DNA from: Octopus bimaculoides
Taxonomy: Eukaryota
Assembly: GCF_001194135.2 (NCBI RefSeq)
Contig: NC_068983.1
Location: 149,128,229-149,168,295, forward strand
Length of the DNA stretch: 40,067 bases
Direction of reading: 5' to 3'
Position numbers and translations under genes: made by a program. This document shows positions 11,661 to 22,379 of the stretch, one piece after another (positions within the stretch are counted from its first letter, which is position 1; each line of letters opens with the position of its first letter). The notes beneath the pieces were generated by a model. The model made no database searches. It saw nothing but the letters and a program-made list of their open reading frames with translations, and was not told the DNA's origin.

Positions 11661-13152
11661 GAGTTTCTTCATTGGTTCTAAGTGGTTTACCTTAATATTG
11701 GAGATTTTTTCTAAGTTTTTATCTTATTTGTTGCTGTTGTTACTTTCTTTTTAACTTGATGTAAACCGTTGTTCTATCATGTGCTTGTATGATCCCTCAA
11801 ATTTTGCTCCACCACTAAATCAACAATTACTTTGTGCCTTCTCAAAAAAAATAAAAAACAGAATTAGAATACATGCTCTGAAACTGAATATTTTCTCCTA
11901 AACCTCTTAACTAATTTTCAGATCATAATATAATGAAATTTACTAGTAGTTAGTACAAAATATGACTAGAAATACGGTAGTGTATCCTTTACTCCTCTAC
12001 AAAGTTAACTAATAAATTCAATCTTCAGGTCACGTAGTAACCAAAATTCAATACTTGTGAGAATTAATGAGGTTTAAATAGAAGATTATTGTTGTTTTTT
12101 TGTTATTTATTTATCTTGTACCTGTTTTATAAAATATAATTCTAATTAAAAGCCTCATCGGATAATTGCTTCTCAATAATTCACTCATGTTTAATGATAT
12201 ACACACGGATCACCAGCACGTTTTACTTCATAAACTGCTCTTGTATCTCTGGACAAATCTAAAAGCAGAGATGACAGGCTCATAACAAATCATACCCAAT
12301 TATGAAACAGAAAACCATGGTTAGTTTGTTATAGCTATTTGTTTACCTTAACGGTAACTAATTAACGCAAGTGTGCGTTATCTATGGCCTCGGCTGGAAG
12401 CATCGTTGGGGATCATAACAAATTGTGTTTAGTAATGGATTCCTAACCAAGACTTGAGCGATAAAAACCGTCACTCTGCGATATATTAGCGCCTGTACGA
12501 AAGCAATAATACACTCAGTAGTAAACCTAATTCGTCTCATATATATGCACACCACAATCTAGTCCCCGGTACCTTTTTTGAAGTCAATTTTTTGCATTCA
12601 GTCGGACCAGACCTCCAATCTGGTATCTTGGTGGGCTACTTCCTGCAGCAGAAACCCATGTGAAGCATTCATTCTTTCTTCCCTCAGTCTCCGTATCCAT
12701 GGAGATATTGTAACTTTGCACTTACTCTTTTAACTAAGCTATAAATAAAAAGTCGAGGAGGCACACTGCAAGACTTTATACTCATTTGTTGTGTCGGACT
12801 GAGACAGTTCAATTCTTTTCCGAACTACTAAGGACAACCAAATTGCACGACAACAAGGTTTAAGCGACGCTAAATGGTTATTGAGCGAAATACAGATTGA
12901 AACTTTGAACACGTTTGTCGTAAGCATATGCTTGCACTTCAGCGTTTGTGAATACATAATGTCAATTTAGCATACATTTGCTGACACCAGCGTGTGTATG
13001 ACAGTGCATGCAAGTGTGTATTATTACACCAGTACCAAGTCATTATATAAAAATGCTAAAACTCCGCGTTGTGTGTATCCATAAACAAATACACACATAC
13101 ACGTACAAAGTCGAAAATAAATCGAAAATTTCACTTAATTCATTGACAATAT

Positions 13153-13153
<1 letters not shown>

Positions 13154-13210
<57 letters not shown>

Positions 13211-13250
13211 GCACACACACATACACACACGCACGTACGCACACCAGCAC
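13154..13250. repeat. (CT)n-(CA)n compound microsatellite
   Basis: Directly visible. Confidence 0.97.
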
Positions 13251-13710
13251 ACGAGGAAAAATCATTAAACATTTCTTGGATGTCTAACAGATAACACCAA
13301 TGGTTAAATGTGCAAAATGTTCGATTACTAAGTAAATATTTATAACCAGAATTAATTTATCATTTTGCGATATTTATTGTAAATATTTAGCAATGCTGTT
13401 TGTATACCATGTATACATGTTTGAATTTGTGCGTTTATACGTATACTTGGTTATATTAGCGAATACATTCATTAAGTAACTTCTAGCATTTCAAGGTTAT
13501 ATTGATTTCTGTTCACTCGATACAATATTGCAAAACCATTGCGCAGGGAGTGGGGGTGAATAAGGATTACATAACGTCCATTACTTTCTTTAACGTATAA
13601 TTGAAAGGGCATTGATACAGGAATCGAAACCTGTACGTGTATTCTGATTTTCGGAGGATTGTCATTTGCACTCTTTGTTACTTTCTCTCTCTCTACCCCT
13701 ATCTCCCTTT

Positions 13711-13712
<2 letters not shown>

Positions 13713-13778
<66 letters not shown>
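13713..13778. repeat. (CT)n microsatellite
   Basis: Directly visible. Confidence 0.97.
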
Positions 13779-13779
<1 letters not shown>

Positions 13780-13789
13780 CATTAGCTTT

Positions 13790-14235
13790 CTTATTACACC
13801 AGTACCAAGTTCAATTCAATCCTCGTCTGCCCTGTGCTGTGTGACCAGCTGTACCATCTATAAACATTCAGCTAGGAACCTTAAAAATAGCACAAAAAAA
13901 ACATATTATATACAAAGAAATGTATTACCTGAATATGACACATCTTGTACGCCTCTGTTTTCATGTTTGACTCGAACCCTAAGCAATAGCAAAATTCCCA
14001 TTTCAAACTAAAATAAATCTCATCACCATGCCTTTCTATCAACCCACACCCTACAAATACATACTTACCTCCTATCTGCCTCTATTCCCCGACCCCTTCC
14101 CACACAAATACTTCCTCTGTCTACCTACACCTGTTTAAAAACTATATAAAGCCAGAAGGAACCTAAATAAATCACAGTCTGATGACACCGAGTCAGCAGA
14201 AACTTCGAAGTCCCTTTTCGACTATTTATTTGTTA
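13790..14235 (+). mobile_element. Probable Penelope-like pseudo-LTR (endonuclease C-terminus plus 3' UTR with hammerhead)
   Basis: HSARNLKNSTKKTYYI resembles the H..SFR....NSTKLS.YIW segment of PLE GIY-YIG domains. It is followed by a C-rich UTR and a hammerhead-like motif at 14179, directly upstream of a PLE RT relic. Confidence 0.5.
14165..14230 (+). ncRNA. Degenerate minimal hammerhead ribozyme motif
   Basis: CTGATGA (14179-85), a 13-nt helix II with 2 WC and 3 C.A pairs, then GAAAC-TTCGAA-GTC (palindromic loop III, GUC site at 14210-12). Helix I is not in register. Confidence 0.5.
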
Positions 14236-14299
14236 AATTGTGTGTGTGGCTGTCTGTGTCTGTGTCTGAGTATTTTTCATCAGTTGAACATTAACTCTA

Positions 14300-15810
14300 T
14301 TATTACTCGGATGGCAAAAGAGATATATGTATTCAACCAAATAATATATTGTGAACACGTCGTATTCACAACGTCTTATGTAGGCAATCTCATTAGTCAG
14401 AATAGTTACATGTTGCAAACTGGAAATGGCAATTGTATTTTCAACGTTATATATCTTAAAATTAGAAACAATGATACAACAACACTGGAAAGGCTGCATC
14501 ATCGTTATTAAATAGCTTTGTGGTATTGAAAACAAACCATCTTACAGATTTCCCTAATTTAATATTGAGGATATTTATTCATCAATCTCTAAATCCTTTC
14601 TCGTGGAACCCTTGGATTTCGGAAGAGGATTTAATAAAACCAGCTATCTAAATATTAGGATAATAATATACGATATGAAGCCACTGTCATAGTACAAAGA
14701 TTCCTGCTGAGCGGAAAAACATGACTTTTGTTCGACGTTTTCATGGGACAGCTATGATGTATCTGAGATTGCAAATTTCGGGAACTGTTTATCTTTGATA
14801 TCCTCAGAAAGCTCAACCATTCCACTCCTCCTCATCTCCAAATTGTATCGGGATGACGGTTTAGCAATCTCATGCAATAGGATTCGCCACATTATAAACA
14901 AATTTTAAAAGAGTCTTTGTAGGAATGTTTAAGGAGTCTATTTAAACGCAATACTTAGCACTAACTTAATGATAGCCAACTTTGTAAAGACAACACTAAA
15001 TTTATATGCAGTCAAACACTACTTTTACAGTATTAACTAGAAGTGTCTTCAATGAGAAGATAATGTGCGTAGAGACCATTCTACCTCCTCAAAACCAGAC
15101 TAGAACACGGGAGATGAAAGTAGTCTGGATTGATTAATCATATAATTCAGTTGTTCCTATGAATACAGCTAGGAAATTTTTAACTGTAGTAAATGAACAC
15201 TTGTCATCGATATACAAATACAATAGATTTTCCATTGCGCATATTCCCTCCAGGATAACATTACTTCCTAGATCGCACAGAATAACCTAAAACATAAAGC
15301 AACACATTCTTCACCAAATCCCTATAGCATCCCACTCAGTTATCTTTCCAAAACAGTGATATGTCGAGAATCTTCAATATCTCCAGGACAGTATCAGAAA
15401 AGATTATTTCGAGCTCACTTCGAATAGTTTTAAAGGAAGTTATATCAGCATATATATTCATTTAGGTCACGGAACCGAGAAAACACTACCTTTCTATCTC
15501 ATTTCTTCTTAAAGTTCAGGCATCGGGGATTTGAACGAGTCTCAAAATGGATATTCATTGATAAATCCACTCCATGTTTCACTGGATTACTGAACAGCTA
15601 TATTTGTTATATAAGAAGTTGCAGATATTAAAGCAGTCAAGACTAGTAATATTATCAAAGTTTCGTCCTCTTAGTATGTTCTTCAAGAAGAGCTATCAAG
15701 TGCTTAAACATCCGAGGCCTATTAACACAAAGTCATAGCACTCAAACCTAACGAGCATCTCGGGCTCTCATTAGTTACTCTTCCGTTATCATAAGTCTAA
15801 ATTCGGTAGT
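14300..15810 (+). mobile_element. Penelope-like element relic: reverse transcriptase plus GIY-YIG endonuclease pseudogene
   Basis: Ordered motifs FNIEDIYSSIS (14558; cf. FDIxxFYPSI), FDVFMG/SYDVSEIA (14731; cf. FDVTMGSxDGAE), YRDDGLAI (14846), DYFELTSNSFK (~15403), KWIFIDKSTP (~15545) and RYHKSKF (15784). Many stops and frameshifts. Confidence 0.85.
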
Positions 15811-15875
15811 CTCTATTATTACTGATTACTCTGTACACCAAAGCAGTTTCGCCAGCTATACTCTTAACCTTTGTA

Positions 15876-16870
15876 CACAGACATGATAGAAGTAAATAGA
15901 CACCCCATAAAACATTGTTTTATGTTTATTCTAACTTGTAATGGTTTGTATCTTTTATTAATTAACATTTTTATGCTTCAGGTTCTATATGTGACTGTTT
16001 AATTATGTCATGTACAATGGAAGCCTTCAAACTGTCTGAATTTCAAAGAGGCCGTACTGGGTCATTCTGAAGGTGGACACAGTCAGCGTAAAATCGCGGA
16101 AAACCTTGGGATCCCACTTTCTACAGTTAGTAGAGTGATTGTGCAATTCACCAAAGAAGAGAAGGAGTCCACATAACCTCGCCCAGATCAACCAGAGCCC
16201 TCTGACAGGACCCTCATTGCAAGGCCTCTGACATAGCAGAACAAGTTGATTTCAGTCCCCGAACAGCTGTCAAATATCTCCACAAACTCGGTAACTATGG
16301 CAGAGCAGCAAGTGATGGTCTGGGGAGCAATTTGGAGCACTAGTTGATCAGAGCTGGTAGAGTGAGAGGGAAACATAAACTCAGATAAATATAAGTCCAT
16401 ATTGCTGAAAGGACTCCTTCCAATCTTCTCCAGTGGTGAAATGATTAAAGAAGACTATTTACGGAAGATGGGGCTCCTTGTCACACGGCTAAAATGACCC
16501 GAGATTCGTTGGATAAGAATAGCATTAAAAAGCTTCCATGGCCAAGCCAGTCACCAGATATGAGCCCTATTGAACACCTTTAGGACATAATGGACAAGAG
16601 ACTTCATAAAAAGAACAAGAAAGCATCTTCAAAGCCAGATCTTTTGAGGTTACTGCATGAAACTTGGCAAGAAATTCCGCAAGAGAATATTCGTCATCTG
16701 ATCAGTAACATGCCTAATAGGGTCCTTGCATTGAAAAATGCGAAGGGCATGTCTACTAAATATTAAATATTCACATTTTAACTATTAATAAATCATTTGA
16801 ATGTATGATTTCAGATTTAAATAAATTTTGATGATTATAAAAGTGTCTATTTACTTCTGTCATTTCTGTG
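15876..16870 (+). mobile_element. Tc1-family transposon, internally deleted, both TIRs and TA TSDs present
   Basis: 28-bp TIRs CACAGACATGATAGAAGTAAATAGACAC (15876-15903 and 16843-16870, 2 mismatches) are flanked by TA on both sides. Confidence 0.95.
16017..16766 (+). pseudogene. Tc1 transposase pseudogene (DD34E-type; first-Asp region deleted)
   Basis: [45 protein letters not shown]|SVMVWGAI, DGAPCHTAK, WPSQSPDMSPIEHL, ISNMPNRVLALKNAKGMSTKY*. Confidence 0.93.
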
Positions 16871-17039
16871 TATATTCGAGCATATAATTCAACTTCAACC
16901 AATAAGAATCAATCTTCGTACGCTACAGATAGCGTTATTCATCATTGACTAATTACACGTATACTTTACGTGTGGGAAAATCCGAGTAACAATAGAGTTA
17001 ATCACCCAAAAAATGTTTGTAAATAAGAATTCTATACTG

Positions 17040-17440
17040 TGTGTTCAGTGTTTTTCACTTATGCTTGTAAACACGGGTCAAACGGTTTTCTTGTCTTTTC
17101 AGACTTGAATTGGCCTATTCTCAGTACATACTACTTGTGTAGAATGTCCTCGTGTACTACAGTTCTGATAGTCCATTCCCATACGTAAAGTTCTTTGGCG
17201 ATGATTCTCATTGATTTTCAGGGTCATCCTTGATAATGTTTTAAACCTGCTGGATGAATAGCAGTTCCCTTATAATGTCCAAACGTTTAGTTGTTTTCTT
17301 TTGTTTTCTCTTTCCCTTTGATACAGTTGAAACATTCTCGGCTGCAGCTACAGACTTGACAATCTCTAAATCGTTGTGTCCTGCACGTACTGTATCAATG
17401 ATTACATGCTTCTCATTTCTTATGTTAACATTTCATCAGC
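17040..17440 (-). pseudogene. Tc1/mariner-superfamily transposase N-terminal (HTH) relic, third lineage
   Basis: Minus-strand KHVIIDTVRAGHNDLEIVK...KRLDIIRELLFIQQV*NIIKDDPE/SMRIIAKELYVWEWTIRTVVHEDI..K*YVLRIGQF has the S.R.IAKEL.V...TIR.VV.EDL HTH pattern. Confidence 0.7.
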
Positions 17441-17444
17441 TATG

Positions 17445-18110
17445 GTGGATATGAAAGAAGTGAAAACCTTCTATTTGGTTTGAAGGCGTCTGACAAGATT
17501 GATCATGGAGCAATCTGTCATGAGTTAAGGGATTTTGATATCACAGAAGAACTCGGGGAATGACCCTTTGACTTCCTACGAGATAGGAGTCAATCTGTTG
17601 CAGTAAATGGTTTTCTCTCTGATAAGCCACCTGTAATAAGTGGTATAAGTCAGGGCACTGTTCTAGGATCATTGTTATTTATCATCACCCTATCAGGTGC
17701 AGGATCACTTAGTGCACTCAGCCAGCCTAACTAGTTACGTCGATGACACAAAAATATCGAAATGTCTATCCAAATTCCTGAACATACCGTCACACTCCAA
17801 AATGAGGTAAACTTCATTTATCAGTGGGCAGATAAAAACAAAATGAAATTTAATCTATCAAAATTTCAGGTTCTTCATAATGGAGGGAATACACACAAAT
17901 CACAATATTTGACACCAGATAACACAATAATATGGCAAATGCCGCATCTTTCATCAGCCACATCACCAAACTTACCTCTGTCTAAATGCAGACATCTCAT
18001 GGGATTGATCCTACGAGCCTTCGTGACAAAAGAACCGGTCCTACCACTAAAAGTATTAAAATTATACAAGGATATATTGATAATTAAGTATCCTCAAATA
18101 CAACTCTCAT
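17445..18110 (+). mobile_element. CR1-type LINE reverse transcriptase relic
   Basis: KASDKIDHG, DFLRDRSQSVAVNG, SGISQGTVLGSLLFII, YVDDTK and IYQWADKNKMKFNLSKFQVLH correspond to RT motifs in order, with frameshifts. Confidence 0.9.
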
Positions 18111-18115
18111 TCTGA

Positions 18116-18151
<36 letters not shown>

Positions 18152-18898
18152 NNNNNNNNNNNNNNNNNNNNNNNNNNNNNNNNNNNNNNNNNNNNNNNNN
18201 NNNNNNNNNNNNNNNNNNNNNNNNNNNNNNNNNNNNNNNNNNNNNNNNNNNNNNNNNNNNNNNNNNNNNNNNNNNNNNNNNNNNNNNNNNNNNNNNNNNN
18301 NNNNNNNNNNNNNNNNNNNNNNNNNNNNNNNNNNNNNNNNNNNNNNNNNNNNNNNNNNNNNNNNNNNNNNNNNNNNNNNNNNNNNNNNNNNNNNNNNNNN
18401 NNNNNNNNNNNNNNNNNNNNNNNNNNNNNNNNNNNNNNNNNNNNNNNNNNNNNNNNNNNNNNNNNNNNNNNNNNNNNNNNNNNNNNNNNNNNNNNNNNNN
18501 NNNNNNNNNNNNNNNNNNNNNNNNNNNNNNNNNNNNNNNNNNNNNNNNNNNNNNNNNNNNNNNNNNNNNNNNNNNNNNNNNNNNNNNNNNNNNNNNNNNN
18601 NNNNNNNNNNNNNNNNNNNNNNNNNNNNNNNNNNNNNNNNNNNNNNNNNNNNNNNNNNNNNNNNNNNNNNNNNNNNNNNNNNNNNNNNNNNNNNNNNNNN
18701 NNNNNNNNNNNNNNNNNNNNNNNNNNNNNNNNNNNNNNNNNNNNNNNNNNNNNNNNNNNNNNNNNNNNNNNNNNNNNNNNNNNNNNNNNNNNNNNNNNNN
18801 NNNNNNNNNNNNNNNNNNNNNNNNNNNNNNNNNNNNNNNNNNNNNNNNNNNNNNNNNNNNNNNNNNNNNNNNNNNNNNNNNNNNNNNNNNNNNNNNNN

Positions 18899-18952
<54 letters not shown>

Positions 18953-18971
18953 CACATATATACACACACAC

Positions 18972-19175
18972 ATTTCTGAGTTATTTCATCACCACAGAAT
19001 AACTGTTCGGCTAGAGGTGGCGCAGTTAAATTCTTGTTCGAATATATCTATTTCATTAGACTATTTTATTGACTGTGTGTCACTATGGAAACTTTATATT
19101 TCGAACAAGAACTTAGCAGCACCACCTCTAACCAAACAGTTATTCTGTGCTGATGAAAGGAAATAACCCAGAAAT
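18972..19175. repeat. ~200-bp imperfect inverted repeat (arms ~75-80 bp, spacer ~49 bp)
   Basis: The reverse complement of 18972-19046 aligns with 19096-19175 (roughly 85% by eye, one 4-5 nt indel). Confidence 0.95.
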
Positions 19176-19188
19176 CGCGATACACAGA
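19144..19188 (+). ncRNA. Minimal type-I hammerhead ribozyme (Penelope/retrozyme type)
   Basis: TCTGTG-CTGATGA-AAGGAAATAACCCA-GAAA-T-CGCG-A-TA|CACAGA. The core is intact, helix I has 6 WC pairs, loop III is the palindrome CGCG and the cleavage triplet is AUA. Helix II is imperfect (GG/CC only). Confidence 0.8.
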
Positions 19189-19194
19189 TATTGT

Positions 19195-19248
19195 TTTGTG
19201 CTGAGTGAGGATGCTAAACTCCCTTGTTCGGAAATATACGATCACAGA
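19195..19248 (+). ncRNA. Second, degenerate hammerhead-like motif in tandem
   Basis: TTTGTG-CTGAGTGA...GAAA-TATACGAT-CACAGA uses the same helix-I sequences as the first motif. The core has a 1-nt insertion and the cleavage triplet is disrupted. Confidence 0.45.
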
Positions 19249-19402
19249 TAGTGTGTCGTATAGCCAGCTAGAGACGATGTTTCCTGGGGCTAAGTAACAG
19301 TAGCATTCGTCCTAACCAGGACTGCCACGTTATGATGGCAAATAATTTTTACTCTAGAGTAATGTTACTGAGTGTCTCTCGTTGAGAGACTTACAAATAA
19401 CA

Positions 19403-19405
<3 letters not shown>

Positions 19406-19465
<60 letters not shown>

Positions 19466-19492
19466 CACACATGTGTGTGTGTGTGTGTGTGT
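19406..19492. repeat. (AT)n-(CA)n-(TG)n compound microsatellite
   Basis: Directly visible. Confidence 0.97.
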
Positions 19493-19928
19493 GGAAGCTT
19501 TACTTTTATACCGGATGCGTTTTCTGAACATGGGTATAAAAGTTGAATTTCCGAATATTGAATTATTGTATTACATATTAATTGGAGGGTTCCGTTTTCC
19601 TGACAGCTAAGAATGTTGGAATGTACAAATATTGAGTCATTGAATTACATATTAATTAGCAAGTTCCGTTCTCGTGTAAGTTACTATATTTATCTGCAGG
19701 ATTGTGATGATCACATTAGTCCTTACATCTTCTCGCAAAGTCATTAGAATAGTATCCAGTGTTGCTGCATAACGAAAGGTCTACGAACTTTTGATAAAAG
19801 TAATTTCTTCTTAACTTGCCTTTCGTCCGTCCACAAAGTGAGTACCTGGCTCCCTCTTCATGATTGATACCATGGGTCATTCGTTGATGGATGCATTTGA
19901 TCAACAAAAGATTTTAGTTTATTTATCT

Positions 19929-20345
19929 GCATGGCTGTGTGATTAAGAAGCTAGGTATTTCGGTTTGAAACCACTTGATTTCAGGTCTAATACCACTGCA
20001 CTGCGCTGTACCTTGGAGGAGTGTTTTCAACTATAGCCTCGGATTGACCAATGCCTTGCGAGAGGATTTGGTAACGGAAACTGCTTGGAAGTCCGTCATA
20101 TGTACTTGCATGTGTTTGTGAGTATGCTTGCGTGTGTGTCTGTGCGTATGTGCGTGCGTGCTTGCGTGCGTGTATGTTTGTCTTTATACCTGTTTTTGTC
20201 CCACTACCACTGCTGCCAGACAACCGACAAAATAAGTACCAGACTTTAAAAACAAGTACTGGGTATCAATCTATTCGACTAAAGCCCTCCAAGGCGGTGC
20301 CTTACTGTGGCTGCAATCCAATGAGTAGAATAAATAAAAGATAAA
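19929..20345 (+). mobile_element. SINE family C, complete old copy (tRNA-like head, internal GT-rich microsatellite, 3' tail)
   Basis: The head matches 29437-29600 (TGGCTGTGTG..., ACTATAGCCTCGG, GGATTTGGTA.CGGAAACTG). The tail matches 21057-21272 (AATAAGTACC, TTCGACTAAA, GGCGGTGC). Confidence 0.8.
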
Positions 20346-21056
20346 GGATTTGCTTATTACTGCGTGGGATAAACAAATAGTTTTTAAAAGATGAAAATAA
20401 ACTCACAATTTGGGAGCAATTCGATTTTAATTTTCAATCTTTTCGACAGTATTTGCCTGATGCTTATTTTATTGATTTCTGTACAATGGAAAGTAAACTT
20501 TGTCTATGGTTTGTTTTAAAACGAAGTAACCAAATGCAAATTTTGTCCATCTTGCACAATTCGATGAAATGGAAAATTAATGAGAGATACTCAAGTAGTT
20601 TAACTCTCTCTCTCTCTCTCTCTCTCTCTNNNNNNNNNNNNNNNNNNNNNNNNNNNNNNNNNNNNNNNNNNNNNNNNNNNNNNNNNNNNNNNNNNNNNNN
20701 NNNNNNNNNNNNNNNNNNNNNNNNNNNNNNNNNNNNNNNNNNNNNNNNNNNNNNNNNNNNNNNNNNNNNNNNNNNNNNNNNNNNNNNNNNNNNNNNNNNN
20801 NNNNNNNNNNNNNNNNNNNNNNNNNNNNNNNNNNNNNNNNNNNNNNNNNNNNNNNNNNNNNNNNNNNNNNNNNNNNNNNNNNNNNNNNNNNNNNNNNNNN
20901 NNNNNNNNNNNNNNNNNNNNNNNNNNNNNNNNNNNNNNNNNNNNNNNNNNNNNNNNNNNNNNNNNNNNNNNNNNNNNNNNNNNNNNNNNNNNNNNNGTGT
21001 GTGCGTGTGCGTGTGCGTGCGTGCGTGCGTGCGTGCGTGTGCGTGTGCGTGTCTGT

Positions 21057-21272
21057 GTCTGTGTGTTTGTGTCTCTGTGTTTGGACTCCCAATATCGCTT
21101 GACAACTGATGCTGGTGTGTTTACGTCCCCGTAAATTAGCGGTTCGGCAAAAGACACCGATAGAATAAGTACTAGGCTTACAAAAAATAAGTCCTGAGAT
21201 CGATTTGTTCGACTAAAAGCGGTGCTCCAGTATGGCCGCAGTCAAATGACTGAAACAAATAAAAAGTAAAAG
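21057..21272 (+). mobile_element. SINE family C, 3' half (head probably in gap 20630-20996)
   Basis: Follows a (GT/GCGT)n tract: ATCGCTTGACAAC.GATGCTGGTGTGTTTACGTCCCCGTAA...GCGGTGCTCCAG.ATGGCCGCAGTCAAATGACTGAAACAA. Confidence 0.9.
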
Positions 21273-21988
21273 ATTATACAAGAGTAACGATTGCGGGCAA
21301 ACTAATGGTGAGAATCGCCTGCATCTTCTGCGTCAACGTGTGTCGTTCATTACTGCTTTATTGGGAATCCCGCAATAGGAGAAATACGGCGTGACAATGT
21401 TGAGATGCCTTTGAAACGGAACAGCACCAGACTAAATACCTTAGAAATGCTTAATTTCTTTTCTCTGTCCCTCAACCCTCTGAGTTAAAATCAATCCAAC
21501 ATGTAGTTCAGTCGCGAGAATCCTGCAGCATACAGCACTCTCTCAATGACATGTGTGTAACGAAAAATTCCGTGACGATTAGCCGTGTCTCATACGGTCT
21601 GCTTCTCAAAACAAAGGTTTCCTCGCGCCTGATCCAGTTTATTCCATTCTTTCCCAGATCTGAAATCAGTTTCTCGGACAAGAAGAACTCGGGAAAATAG
21701 TAACAGTACATCCCAGTAAAATGTGTGTGTGTGTGTCTGCGTGGATACATATTACAGAATGACGGGAATGCGTTCTTGCATTTCTTTTATTTTCCCATAC
21801 ACCTGTGTATTATTTTCAATGACTCATTCTCTGCGTGCTTCAGCTTTTTTGTCATTAATTCTTAGTGTCCTTCTTTCAAGTCCAATGCAACCAGGCAGAA
21901 CATCGTATGAGTAACCAGCATATGAGCGAAAAATTTAAGAAATATGAGCTCAGTGGGGTTAAGATTAAAAACAGACTATATACATTTT

Positions 21989-22008
21989 TAGCAGCAGCAG
22001 TAGCAGCT

Positions 22009-22073
<65 letters not shown>

Positions 22074-22120
22074 GGTGGTGGTGGTGGTGGTAGTAGTAGT
22101 AGTAGGAGGAGGAGTAGTAG

Positions 22121-22159
<39 letters not shown>

Positions 22160-22240
22160 CAGTAGTAGTAGTAGTAGTAGTGGAATGGTGGTGATGGTGG
22201 TGGTGGTAGTAGTAGTAGTAGTGGAATGGTGGTGATGGTG

Positions 22241-22272
<32 letters not shown>

Positions 22273-22331
22273 GGAATGGTGGTGATGGTGGTGGTGGTGG
22301 TAGTAGTAGTAGTGGAATGGTGGTGATGGTG

Positions 22332-22366
<35 letters not shown>

Positions 22367-22379
22367 GGAATGGTGGTGA

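Noticed and set aside
17405-17445. Minus-strand CTGATGA-N13-GAAA match
   Set aside because: No UH cleavage triplet or helix I, and it overlaps the start of a transposase relic.
21508-21750. GC-richer segment open on both strands, with a possible minus-strand acceptor/donor
   Set aside because: The peptide is not recognisable and the ORF start lies in a microsatellite, so there is no positive evidence.
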